From positions 22,382 through 86,381 of the IMG/VR virus record IMGVR_UViG_3300006204_000424: a stretch of DNA of 64,000 nucleotides. One strand, given 5' to 3'. Both the position numbers and the translations under genes were made by a program. Source of the stretch: a virus (lineage: Duplodnaviria > Heunggongvirae > Uroviricota > Caudoviricetes). Positions 10,443 to 20,080 of this stretch are shown here, piece after piece; position 1 is the first letter of the stretch, and every line of letters starts with the position of its first letter. The notes beneath the pieces were generated by a model, which was not told where the DNA came from, did not search any database, and was given only the letters and a program-made list of their open reading frames with translations.

Positions 10443-10813
10443 TTAGATTAACAAAAGAACAAATTGTCACAATGCACAAGTTGCTCATAATTAAAACTGG
10501 TGGATTAGATGGCATTAAAGATAATGGATTACTTGAATCTGCGATTCAAAGTCCCTTTCAAACCTTTATGGGAGAAGAACTTTACCCTACAATAATTAAG
10601 AAAGCTTCCGTTCTCTGCTATGGATTAATAAACAATCATGCATTTTTTGATGGGAACAAACGTATTGGCATTTTAACAATGCTAACATTTCTGAAATTAA
10701 ATGGTGTTGTTCTTACTTGCACTGATAATGAAATCGTACAGCTTGGTCTTGGAATTGCTTCTGGAAATATCAGCCATAATGAAATATCGAACTGGATCAT
10801 ACAGCACTGTTAA
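10439..10813 (+). CDS. doc: Type II toxin, Doc (death-on-curing) / Fic-fold
   Basis: Fic/Doc motif HAFFDGNKRIG (HxFx[DN]GNKR). 124 aa, typical Doc size. Confidence 0.8.
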   Translation: MIRLTKEQIVTMHKLLIIKTGGLDGIKDNGLLESAIQSPFQTFMGEELYPTIIKKASVLCYGLINNHAFFDGNKRIGILTMLTFLKLNGVVLTCTDNEIVQLGLGIASGNISHNEISNWIIQHC

Positions 10814-10879
10814 AAATGTAAAATGGCACACTCAAGGAGATGATGTTAAACGAAAGACACAGACTATCTATTAAAGGCA

Positions 10880-11092
10880 ATGGAAATCATTGCCGAAACC
10901 CTCCCCCACCCTTTCGACCAAACAAAGCGCGGGAGAGTGGCTGAAAAACTACCCAACAACCAATACAAAGTCCAATTACAGGACAAAGTATATACAATTA
11001 AATCAAATTTTTCTTTTGAGGTCAATGAGAGCGTTCTTGTGATGTTTCCACAGGGGCGTGACACTGACCTTTATTTATATCCGAATAGATGA
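10880..11092 (+). CDS. Hypothetical small protein
   Basis: 70-aa ORF in the moron block. No recognisable domain. Confidence 0.25.
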   Translation: MEIIAETLPHPFDQTKRGRVAEKLPNNQYKVQLQDKVYTIKSNFSFEVNESVLVMFPQGRDTDLYLYPNR

Positions 11093-11268
11093 TGGTGGAT
11101 TAAATTACTATAGAATCCTAAATGCTATCTTCTTTCTAATTTCTTGGAATATTTAAGTCAAATGGATTATTATTTGTAGAAAATATCATTTTTATAGAAA
11201 CTATGTATACATTGTTCTTAAATCTACTTTGCAGTTGACAATATTAGACAATTTATGGTATAATTTCT

Positions 11269-12225
11269 TTGGTGATTAAATTGAAAGTAAAATTTGAACA
11301 ACTAATTTTAACATCAATGAAAGAATATATTATGGCTATTTTTCTTATAGTAATCATTATTATATTCATTTATAAATTAGAAAAAATAAAATTTCTACAG
11401 AAAAAAATTGCCAATATATTAACTATAATTATACCGATTGTTGCAATGACTGTATCAGTAATCTCACAACCTTATTCTTTATCTATTGTATTAGGTTTTC
11501 TTTTTTTACTTTCTTTTGTTTTAGGCTTTGTTCTTGTAAAAAACAAATTTCAAACTAAAAAATATGTAACTGATTATAAAACTTCAAAGATTGCAGTGAA
11601 ATTACCCATAGATGCGAAATATTCCTTTGATTCCCACCTCATAGAAAATATACCATCCTATGTAGATTCAATTTCATATATGTGCGAAGCTATCCGCATA
11701 GCAACAAATGAATTTATATTAAAATTTGAAGAAGAAAGTATAGATGAAAAAAGAGAGTTATTGCTACAAGCATTTTTTACTTCAATCTGTTACACTATTG
11801 CAACTATGTTTGATAATTCAACCCGTGTTCATGTAAGAAAATTTAATGGGCATACTTATAGTAAATTTGTTGCAACATATAGCAGAAGATTATATTCGAC
11901 TTCAATGAAGGATATGTCCTTTGGCAATCTTATGATTGAAGAATCGTTTAAAAAAAGATGCTCTCTTATAAAAACATTAAATCCTAAATTACATGAAGAT
12001 GGTAGTAGTTATAAATTTAAAAATTATTTAACTTTTGCATTACCCCAAATTACTAAAGACAATAAACCAATTTTTTCTATGGGTATTTCTGTTACAGATA
12101 AAAGAAACGAACTTCTCTTTTTTTTGAATTATTGTAGAATTGAAACTTTGATTGGTCAATATATCGCAGATGTCGCAAAAAATCGAAACTTCACAGATTT
12201 TATAGATAGGTTTTATTTTAAGTAA
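11269..12225 (+). CDS. Membrane-anchored hypothetical protein (moron)
   Basis: Two N-terminal hydrophobic helices (IFLIVIIIIFIY, LSIVLGFLFLLSFVLGFVLV) followed by a roughly 230-aa soluble domain. True start probably an internal Met. Confidence 0.4.
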   Translation: MVIKLKVKFEQLILTSMKEYIMAIFLIVIIIIFIYKLEKIKFLQKKIANILTIIIPIVAMTVSVISQPYSLSIVLGFLFLLSFVLGFVLVKNKFQTKKYVTDYKTSKIAVKLPIDAKYSFDSHLIENIPSYVDSISYMCEAIRIATNEFILKFEEESIDEKRELLLQAFFTSICYTIATMFDNSTRVHVRKFNGHTYSKFVATYSRRLYSTSMKDMSFGNLMIEESFKKRCSLIKTLNPKLHEDGSSYKFKNYLTFALPQITKDNKPIFSMGISVTDKRNELLFFLNYCRIETLIGQYIADVAKNRNFTDFIDRFYFK

Positions 12226-12282
12226 CATCTTTCTTGCTTTATAATATATTAACTATAACATTACATAAAACTAAAGGTCAAG

Positions 12283-12522
12283 GTGGAAATCATGAAAACA
12301 GATATTAATCAAACAATAATTGATCAATTAGATATTTTTATTAAAATGGCAGAAGCTATAAACAGCGGTAATTTAACAATGGCAAAAAATATTGACCAAA
12401 TTATCCGCCAAAAATTAATTGAACACAAGAAATGTCATACACTAAGTACAACTTTTTCTCTTACAGATGAAGAATTATTTATTATTAAAAAAAACCGAAC
12501 AACAAATTCTTCTCCAATTTAA
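12283..12522 (+). CDS. Hypothetical small protein
   Basis: 79-aa ORF preceded by AAGGTCAAGGTGGAAATC-ATG. Confidence 0.3.
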   Translation: MEIMKTDINQTIIDQLDIFIKMAEAINSGNLTMAKNIDQIIRQKLIEHKKCHTLSTTFSLTDEELFIIKKNRTTNSSPI

Positions 12523-12665
12523 AATTTATAATTTAATTTAGGTTAAATTACAATTATATAAATATTGTCCTTGTAAGTAACAAAATACTGTAAATACAGT
12601 AAGCGTCAAACCTAAGAGTGGATTGGCGCTTACTAAATACAAGACAAAATAACAAGTTACAATAC

Positions 12666-12714
12666 GAAGAAAGTAACTGTTCAGTTTCTGAGGCTGAGGA
12701 CAGTTACTTTCTTG
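12666..12714. terminator. Bidirectional 15-bp-stem hairpin between convergent genes
   Basis: GAAGAAAGTAACTGT - 19-nt loop - ACAGTTACTTTCTTG, 14 of 15 paired. T-rich flanks on both strands. Confidence 0.4.
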
Positions 12715-12793
12715 CATTCTTGCCAATCACGTAACCTATTTTATATGCAGCACCGCACAAAATACTTGCAATACCTACAAGGTAAATAACAAA

Positions 12794-13231
12794 TTAATTA
12801 TTTTTTAACATCATAATTGCAATCGCTTGTTTCGCAGATTCAACCGCAATATCGTGAGCTACTGTTTCAACAAAGCCAAGTGTATGATTTCCAAATTTAT
12901 TTGCTATTGCCTTTGTCTTTTCCCAAACAGATGGTTCTTTTAATGATTCAATAAAATTGTATCCTGCCATTGTAATATCTTCAATAGTACAGCGTACTAA
13001 ATATGGTGCATTTTCTGGAAACTTTGTGGAAATCTTCAAAAAACCGCATTCATCTAATTTAAGCACTGAACGCATTATTTCTTTTTTACTAAATGAACTC
13101 AAATCCGATGAAGCATACATCATGACTAAATTTACACTTTTTGTCTGCCAGTCATTCCCAAATTCTTCATAATCAATATTGTCAACACAGTATTTCATAA
13201 CACATCTTATGCAGTCTAAATTTATATCCAT
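12794..13231 (-). CDS. Hypothetical protein (moron, minus strand)
   Basis: 145-aa ORF antisense to the tail operon. No recognised domain. Confidence 0.4.
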   Translation of the reverse strand: MDINLDCIRCVMKYCVDNIDYEEFGNDWQTKSVNLVMMYASSDLSSFSKKEIMRSVLKLDECGFLKISTKFPENAPYLVRCTIEDITMAGYNFIESLKEPSVWEKTKAIANKFGNHTLGFVETVAHDIAVESAKQAIAIMMLKNN

Positions 13232-13592
13232 TGTCTACCTCCATAACGTATAGAAAGGGTTGAGTTTTTATAGAATTTACACTTCCAAATACAAAAAAAC
13301 TTTATCTTGTTGTTGAAATATCCCAGCTTTTGCATCAATATAACTGCACTTATAATGAAGCTGATTTCATATTAAACCTTATTACTGAAGAAATAAAACA
13401 ACAGCGGGAAGATTTGGAGTATGATTTCGTATTTGACGATATAAACGAAAGCATTGAGAAAGTCAAAGTATGCAATGCTGATAATCGTATTATCCAAAAA
13501 ATGAACCATTGTCCTCCATATGGTTGATTATAAATATATCTTATCTTTTTGTCAATTTATATAATCTCTAACAGAAACGAGGTGAACACTAA

Positions 13593-14699
13593 ATGGCAGT
13601 TTCCCCTATCCTGCTGAACACCCTGCCCTTTGATGCAGAAAAAGAACATACTCTACAATTCACATATACAGGGGCGCAGATTTTCGCCCACAAAATTGTA
13701 ATAAAAGATAACAGCACAAACACTGTTGTATACAACAAGAAAACCAGCGCAATGAACACGCTGGCTCGTATCCCACCAAATACTTTGACAAATGGCAATA
13801 CCTATAATATCCAAATCTCAGTATTCGACCACGAGGGTAAAGAAAGCCCTCTCAGCAATCCAGCCATTCTGAAATGCTTAAAGACCCCTACTTTTACATT
13901 CACAAATATCCATGAAGGTCTAATAGTCAGAAATTCATTCTTAGATGCAGAGTTATCTTATTCCCAAGAAAACGGCGAATTACTGAACGCTTACAGCGTC
14001 ACTCTATATGCTGTCAACCAAACCACAGTTGTCTATGACTCTGGTATACGATACTTTAGTGATAACCTTATCGTAAGAGTACCTGAGATGCTGGATGATA
14101 CCACATATTATATCCGTGCAACTGGCGAAACCGTAAACGGCATGGAGATGGATACAGGGCTGATTGAAATTGTCTGCGATTATCTGAAACCAGACATTTT
14201 CTTAAAATTCCGTGCAGACAACATTTCAGAAGAAGGCAGCGTCCGCCTTACATCGAACTTTATCCTGATTGAAGGTAAATCTGAGCCAGAGGAACTTGTC
14301 TATATTGACGATGAAAAAGTCAGCTTGCTAAACGGGGAAAAGGTATGGTTTGACGATGGATTTACGGCTGATAACTTCGTGTGTGAAATTATTGCAGAAC
14401 AAATACCTGATTTCACGAAATTTATTACATTCAACATGAAATCCGCAATGGCATATATCACATGGAACTATGGATACTTTGAAGGTTCTGAGGAAAAACA
14501 ATATTATGCTGAACTAACGGCATATCAATATGTTGGCAGCGAAAAGCTAAATTATGTTCAAATCAGTAATCGTATCCCTCCCCTTTCAGATGGCGAGCAG
14601 GTACATTTCTGGATGCGTCATATAAATGGGGCTTTCGACTTAATCATTACAAAACTCAATGGAACAAATACACTTATAGAAGGAGGCGACAGTGCATGA
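13593..14699 (+). CDS. Phage tail component (distal-tail-protein position, Ig/FN3-like repeats)
   Basis: Position downstream of the tape measure. Beta-rich repeat composition. 4-bp overlap with the next gene. Confidence 0.5.
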   Translation: MAVSPILLNTLPFDAEKEHTLQFTYTGAQIFAHKIVIKDNSTNTVVYNKKTSAMNTLARIPPNTLTNGNTYNIQISVFDHEGKESPLSNPAILKCLKTPTFTFTNIHEGLIVRNSFLDAELSYSQENGELLNAYSVTLYAVNQTTVVYDSGIRYFSDNLIVRVPEMLDDTTYYIRATGETVNGMEMDTGLIEIVCDYLKPDIFLKFRADNISEEGSVRLTSNFILIEGKSEPEELVYIDDEKVSLLNGEKVWFDDGFTADNFVCEIIAEQIPDFTKFITFNMKSAMAYITWNYGYFEGSEEKQYYAELTAYQYVGSEKLNYVQISNRIPPLSDGEQVHFWMRHINGAFDLIITKLNGTNTLIEGGDSA

Positions 14700-15595
14700 T
14701 GTTCTTAGGGGCTTTTCTTGGCTTCAAAACTTCACTTGATCCAACGCCTGTTGCCGCTGGCACGACAGAATATTTTGAGATTGAAAACGGAATCTTTGAC
14801 GAAGTATACCTTGACAGTGACATACAAAGGGAACACAGCACAGTCATTCCAGACTGGGGATATTCCACAATCCTTGACGCAAAATTCAAAGGAAATATTC
14901 TTGCTGGCAATGTAGATTTTACCCTGTCTTCTATTTCATCTATGCTGTTGAAACGCCGTAAAAAAGGAACTTATAAATGGACTACTATTCACCAAATCCC
15001 TATCAGCAGTGAAGATGATTTTGATTTTTACTTCAACGATATCAGTGTGGCATCACAAACTACATATGAATATGCCGCCGTTCCTATTATCAATGGTGTT
15101 GAGGGAACTTATCAAATTATTGGTGTCGATGTAGCATTTGACGGTGCATTTATCATTGACCCAACATATGGATATCAAATCATCCTTAACTTTAAGCGCG
15201 AAAATCTAACCCGTGGCATTCCGTCTAATGTTTTAGAGCCTGTCAATTCTTACTATCCTATTGTGAATTATTATTCCAAAAAAAGATATGACAGTGTAAC
15301 ACTTTCTGGAACATTTATCGAGCTTGACAGAAATACTTGTAATTTTGATACAATTCATAGCTGGCGTTACAGAAAGATGCTACGTGACTTTTTGAGCAAC
15401 CAGCGTTCTAAAATTGTAAAACTCTATGATGGACAGATATGGATGGCATGTGTTGTCGACCCAATCTCAGAAAGTTATAACGGACATCCAGAAAATGTAA
15501 TCACCACTATCAATATTGTTGAAATTGGCGATGTTGAAAATAACCGTGACCTCTATTATCATGGCTTTGCAAACTTTTTGGAGGTGCATATCTAA
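14696..15595 (+). CDS. Phage tail protein
   Basis: Overlapping-stop operon structure within the tail module. No specific motif recognised. Confidence 0.45.
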   Translation: MMFLGAFLGFKTSLDPTPVAAGTTEYFEIENGIFDEVYLDSDIQREHSTVIPDWGYSTILDAKFKGNILAGNVDFTLSSISSMLLKRRKKGTYKWTTIHQIPISSEDDFDFYFNDISVASQTTYEYAAVPIINGVEGTYQIIGVDVAFDGAFIIDPTYGYQIILNFKRENLTRGIPSNVLEPVNSYYPIVNYYSKKRYDSVTLSGTFIELDRNTCNFDTIHSWRYRKMLRDFLSNQRSKIVKLYDGQIWMACVVDPISESYNGHPENVITTINIVEIGDVENNRDLYYHGFANFLEVHI

Positions 15596-17139
15596 TGCCC
15601 TACTACCCTACCCAAAAAGATATACAGGCACTTGGTTTTAGCGAAAAAATAATTCTGGTAAGAATCGTACTATTAAATAATCAGCTTCAAAGCGTTTATG
15701 AATTAAAGTACGAATACATTTCTGGTGATATGACAACCGACACTGACTCTGATATACGAAACACATTCAGTATGACACTTGCAGCTTGCGATGAAAGCGT
15801 TGGAATTGCAGAGAATAAAAAATTATGGATAGATAAATTTATAAAAGTATTTATCGGCATAAAAGTGCCTTGCTGGGAAGAAACATTATGGTATGATAAA
15901 GGCATTTTTGTTATGACAGATTATTCTTATGATGCAATAAATCGTACCCTGCACATTAACTGTTCTGATTTGGTATGTGCCTTAAATGGTGATGTTGGCG
16001 GCAGCCTGGAAGGCTTGGAAACCATTATTTATGAAGCAGATAAGCATACAATTCGTTATGCCATTATTGAAACGCTCACAGACCTTACCCCTTTTCGAAA
16101 ATATTATATAGAGGATATGTCAAAACTTATCCCATTTGATTTGGAATTTGGGGCAACTGATACTGTCTGGACGATCCTGACAAAGTTACGTGATTTGTAT
16201 CCTGGCTATGAAATGTTCTTTGATACAGATGGTACATTTATCTGTTGCAAAGTTTCTACTCTGGAAAGTGACCCTGTATTGCTGGATGACAGCATCTTAC
16301 AACCACTTTATTTATCGGAAACAGATAATGGTGACTTAAAAGACATTCGGAATGTTTCAAAGGTATGGGGAAAATGCTTGGATACAGACTATTTTACAGA
16401 CACTTGCACCTATGATGCATCTTCAAATACTTATAGCGCACATTTCACAGGTATAGCAGTCAATGAAGATGGCAGTTTACCAACCAGCACAAAATTTGCA
16501 GTAAAAATACCAACAACAAATACAGATGCAGGAACAAAGCTTGCAATCTATAACAAAACCAACGCTACAGCCTCGGAAACCCTTGTGTCTACATTGCCAA
16601 TTACTGACAGCTTAGAACAGGAAATTAAAAAAGGTTTTTTCCTTTCATCACGCTCTTTCGTATTCCGTTACCGTAGAAAAAGTATGTATGTAATGGGGCA
16701 ATGGCAGATTTTTGCAGTAAATAAGCTGCGGAACACTGCTCCTACTACTGCACAACATAATGCAGATAAAGCAAAACATGGATGCGATGATATTACTTAC
16801 ACAATTATATCCGACTCCCCATTTGCAATTGAACGGATTGGAGAGCGGCTTAAGACGTTTGAGGGCGGAGAATATGACGACATACAGGCAATAGACGACT
16901 GCATTACCCGCGCAGAGTATGAAACATGGCTGGCGGCAAAAATCGGCTACACCATTACGCTGGAAATGGTATACATCCCATGGCTTCAGGGAAACGAAAA
17001 AATCCGGTTCACTCTGGCGGCAACTGGCGAAACAAAAGACTGGGTTGTTACCAGCATCAGCACATCGTTAAGCGAAGGAACTATGACCCTGACATTAACG
17101 GAGTTCATGCCATTATATAACTTTGAAGTTGTTGAATAA
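15595..17139 (+). CDS. Phage tail/baseplate protein (tail-associated-lysin-like position)
   Basis: 514 aa. ATG overlaps the upstream stop. Tail-module context. Confidence 0.45.
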   Translation: MPYYPTQKDIQALGFSEKIILVRIVLLNNQLQSVYELKYEYISGDMTTDTDSDIRNTFSMTLAACDESVGIAENKKLWIDKFIKVFIGIKVPCWEETLWYDKGIFVMTDYSYDAINRTLHINCSDLVCALNGDVGGSLEGLETIIYEADKHTIRYAIIETLTDLTPFRKYYIEDMSKLIPFDLEFGATDTVWTILTKLRDLYPGYEMFFDTDGTFICCKVSTLESDPVLLDDSILQPLYLSETDNGDLKDIRNVSKVWGKCLDTDYFTDTCTYDASSNTYSAHFTGIAVNEDGSLPTSTKFAVKIPTTNTDAGTKLAIYNKTNATASETLVSTLPITDSLEQEIKKGFFLSSRSFVFRYRRKSMYVMGQWQIFAVNKLRNTAPTTAQHNADKAKHGCDDITYTIISDSPFAIERIGERLKTFEGGEYDDIQAIDDCITRAEYETWLAAKIGYTITLEMVYIPWLQGNEKIRFTLAATGETKDWVVTSISTSLSEGTMTLTLTEFMPLYNFEVVE

Positions 17140-17157
17140 GAAAAGAGGTGAAAATAA

Positions 17158-18288
17158 ATGAGTGAAACATATCTGGATCTGACACACAGTAATTTTCCAG
17201 AGCAAATGGATAAAATGTACGGCTGGCGAGACCCCTCCGCAAGCGAAGTGCCGCTGATTGCACAATATCAGTCCCTAATCGCGTCTGGGCAGGTTGTGAC
17301 TGCTGTTGAGTACCTGAACAGCCACCCTTCCTTAATGGACGTTATCATAAACGCCGACAAGCTGCTCCGCTTACAGCATGGACTGACTGCCGTACAGCGG
17401 TATTTTTACGATAATGTTCTGGATAAGATATACCGCCTTGGAAACATGAAAGGCGATTGGAACAGTCAAATGTCATCCGAAGCAGGCGGGCAGAACCGTT
17501 TGAATAAATTTGACGTAGTACGCTATCCCGTTGACGGCGTAAAACAGTATTTCCTCGTCATCGGTGAAGAAGTCCCTGCTGGTACACTGCCTACTGACGA
17601 AACTGTATATTTGCAGCTTTCCATGAAGGGCGACAAAGGCGATGCCGGTATTGACGGTGTTGACGGCGCACCTGGGCTTGGCATGTCGCCACAAGGCGCA
17701 TGGGTAAATAACAAGCAGTATCATCAATATGACATCGTTTCCCATGATGGATATCTCTGGTATGCCACGGAAGATAATGCATTGACGGAGCCGTCCGATG
17801 ACAATGCTGTGTGGCAGCGTGTACAGATTTCCATGCAGGTTACAACCAGCACAGAAAGGCCCGTAAATTTAGATGATGGTGGTCTGTGGCTGCACATGCA
17901 GGAAGATGGCCACGTTATACTGAAAACAAAAAACGAGAATGGCGAATACCGCACTGTTTATCCAGAAATACAGGCCGCATATGTTTTAGATGCCGCTGGA
18001 GAAAATTTGCAGCGGAAAATATACCGCCATTATTTTGAACGAGATGATGTAACCTCGCACTACAAAGAAAATGACAATATTTACACAGGCGAAGCGAAGC
18101 TGATCAGCAATCCCGCTGTTACTGTTGCTAAGTCTGTAATGACGGATACTTCTGATACAGACGGAAGGTATACGGAAGAATTTACCGTTTATGATGAAAC
18201 TGGCGTTTATATTGTATACAAAACAAAACGTGTTTTTACAGAAAATGAAGATGGAAGCTATGACTGCACGCCAGAAGTGATTGTGTAA
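17158..18288 (+). CDS. Tail fibre protein with collagen-like Gly-X-Y segment
   Basis: KGDKGDAGIDGVDGAPGLG collagen-like repeat, typical of phage fibres. Confidence 0.55.
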   Translation: MSETYLDLTHSNFPEQMDKMYGWRDPSASEVPLIAQYQSLIASGQVVTAVEYLNSHPSLMDVIINADKLLRLQHGLTAVQRYFYDNVLDKIYRLGNMKGDWNSQMSSEAGGQNRLNKFDVVRYPVDGVKQYFLVIGEEVPAGTLPTDETVYLQLSMKGDKGDAGIDGVDGAPGLGMSPQGAWVNNKQYHQYDIVSHDGYLWYATEDNALTEPSDDNAVWQRVQISMQVTTSTERPVNLDDGGLWLHMQEDGHVILKTKNENGEYRTVYPEIQAAYVLDAAGENLQRKIYRHYFERDDVTSHYKENDNIYTGEAKLISNPAVTVAKSVMTDTSDTDGRYTEEFTVYDETGVYIVYKTKRVFTENEDGSYDCTPEVIV

Positions 18289-18317
18289 AGAACACAGAGA
18301 GGAGCTGAAAGAGTATA

Positions 18318-18443
18318 ATGACAATGTTAGTAGAAAGTTTGAGAAGGCTTTATTCCAAAGGCGAAATTACGCTGGAACGTTTGGAAAGCATGATTGGCAA
18401 GTCAATTACGAACGAAGATTTTAGATATATCACGAAAGAATAA
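18318..18443 (+). CDS. XkdX-like small phage protein
   Basis: 41 aa with ...KSITNEDFRYITKE C-terminus (IT..E.y..IT pattern shared with the XkdX-like ORF at 23402). AGAGGAG RBS. Confidence 0.4.
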   Translation: MTMLVESLRRLYSKGEITLERLESMIGKSITNEDFRYITKE

Positions 18444-18485
18444 TTGCCCGATTGAAAGGGTTTTTTATATGCTAAGGAGGAAAAT

Positions 18486-18527
18486 ATGACTTATATTTTA
18501 GGTAGAAAAATTACCCCCCCCCCCTAA
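18486..18527 (+). promoter_or_regulatory. Leader ORF A (MTYILGRKITPPP*) containing an 11-nt poly-C tract (18514-18524) upstream of fibre gene A
   Basis: AAGGAGG RBS, ATG, ...ATT ACC CCC CCC CCC TAA. One of three paralogous cassettes (see findings). Confidence 0.5.
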
Positions 18528-18580
18528 AACATATCTGATTACTATGAATTTGGCGGTATCTCGATTGGAGGTGCTGCGGT

Positions 18581-19372
18581 ATGAATGGTGATTTTGATTT
18601 ATATGTTTTGAATGGGAAAATAAAAGAACTGAGGAAAAGCAACGAGCGGCAGGAAAATGGACTCGGACAGATAGAAGAAAATATTTCTATGATTGGTGAA
18701 AAAATGGAAAACTTATCTGTTGACGTTGATTTGAGCAGCTTAAACAGTACGATTGGGACTGGCTCATTTGCTTCATTAGATAAAATCATTAAAGATGGAA
18801 CTTCAAGTGTCTCTGCCCTTATCTCTGCTTTGAATGGCAAAATAAGTACAGTTTCTGGAGGTGTAAGAAAGTTTACCGCCGATGGAACATTTACCGTTCC
18901 GGCGAATGTAACTAAGATTTGGATTACCGCTTGCGCAGGCGGAGGATACGGAGAACGATATAAAGGCGGCGATGGCGGAGATTGGCTGTTCCGTGAGCCA
19001 TACTCTGTAACTCCGGGGCAAAAACTTACTATTACGGTTGGAAAAGGTGGAATTAGGGTAGGAGATATAGGAGGTTCCACCGTAATTTCCCCTTTGGTAA
19101 CGCTTACTTGTCCGGGACAAAGAGGGGGTATTGGTGGAGATAGTAATGCATATGAATCGCCTTTTGGTATAAATGGAACTGATGGATATGCTGGTGGAGG
19201 TCATGGCACAACTATCAAATCAGGAGAAGGTTTTTTGGCTAATCGCTATGGCGGCGGAGGAAGTTTAGGGAGAGGAGGAGGATATAAAGGTGGGACAAAT
19301 ATTGATCCTGGATATGGTGGCGGTGGCAGCAGCGGAAATGGCAGCGATGGCGTTGTCATTATCGAATGGTAA
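18581..19372 (+). CDS. Glycine-rich tail fibre / receptor-binding candidate (fibre A)
   Basis: GGAGGTG RBS. GGGYG, GGIGGD and GGGGS repeats. Confidence 0.5.
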   Translation: MNGDFDLYVLNGKIKELRKSNERQENGLGQIEENISMIGEKMENLSVDVDLSSLNSTIGTGSFASLDKIIKDGTSSVSALISALNGKISTVSGGVRKFTADGTFTVPANVTKIWITACAGGGYGERYKGGDGGDWLFREPYSVTPGQKLTITVGKGGIRVGDIGGSTVISPLVTLTCPGQRGGIGGDSNAYESPFGINGTDGYAGGGHGTTIKSGEGFLANRYGGGGSLGRGGGYKGGTNIDPGYGGGGSSGNGSDGVVIIEW

Positions 19373-19384
19373 GGAGGTGAACGC

Positions 19385-19726
19385 ATGACGTATGCAATGA
19401 TTTTACAGAATAAAGTAATCGATGTACTGCCGAATCAGGAAACCGAACCATGGTGGCCGCCAGACCCAGCAGGGAATCCGGTTACGGCGGTGCTTTGCGA
19501 TGATACGGTCAAGAAAGGAATGGAATATGAACCAGAAACAGGTGAGTTTTCCGAATACATACCGCCAGAACCAGAACCAGAGCCAATCCCAGAACCGACA
19601 CAGCTTGACCGCATCGAAGCAGCAATCAGTCAATCAAATACATACCTTTCTCAAACTTACTCCGAAATTGAAAATAGAATTATCGACAACTACACAATGT
19701 CTTTGGTCGAAAACAATATCATCTAA
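19385..19726 (+). CDS. XkdW-like protein (paralog 1)
   Basis: PEPEPEPIPEPTQLDRIEAAISQSN motif shared with the ORFs at 23059 and 24750. Confidence 0.5.
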   Translation: MTYAMILQNKVIDVLPNQETEPWWPPDPAGNPVTAVLCDDTVKKGMEYEPETGEFSEYIPPEPEPEPIPEPTQLDRIEAAISQSNTYLSQTYSEIENRIIDNYTMSLVENNII

Positions 19727-19768
19727 AAAATCACCATTCATACAAACAACTTTAAGGAGGAAATTTGT

Positions 19769-20080
19769 ATGAATACAGTTTATGACTTTGCTCAACAGCG
19801 CAAAGCAGAAAAAGAACGATTAAAAAAATTCGATATTACATTATCCGCAGATCATTGGTCTGATACCCTCCCCTACTCTCAGACTGTACAGGTTCAAGGG
19901 GTTACTGGAACAAATATCGTTTTTATAGCCCCTGAACCTGTACAGGAAAATATTGAAGGAGTTGGTGATTGCAAAATCATAGCAACTGAACAAACTACGA
20001 ATGCAATCACCTTCACAGCATTTGACGCAAAGCCTGATATTAACATTAACTTTCATGTTTTAGTTGGGGGTGAGGGTTAA
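19769..20080 (+). CDS. Hypothetical tail-associated protein, overlaps the next gene (ATGCC/TAATG)
   Basis: AAGGAGG RBS. 103 aa. Stop overlaps the start of the 20080 gene. Confidence 0.4.
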   Translation: MNTVYDFAQQRKAEKERLKKFDITLSADHWSDTLPYSQTVQVQGVTGTNIVFIAPEPVQENIEGVGDCKIIATEQTTNAITFTAFDAKPDININFHVLVGGEG

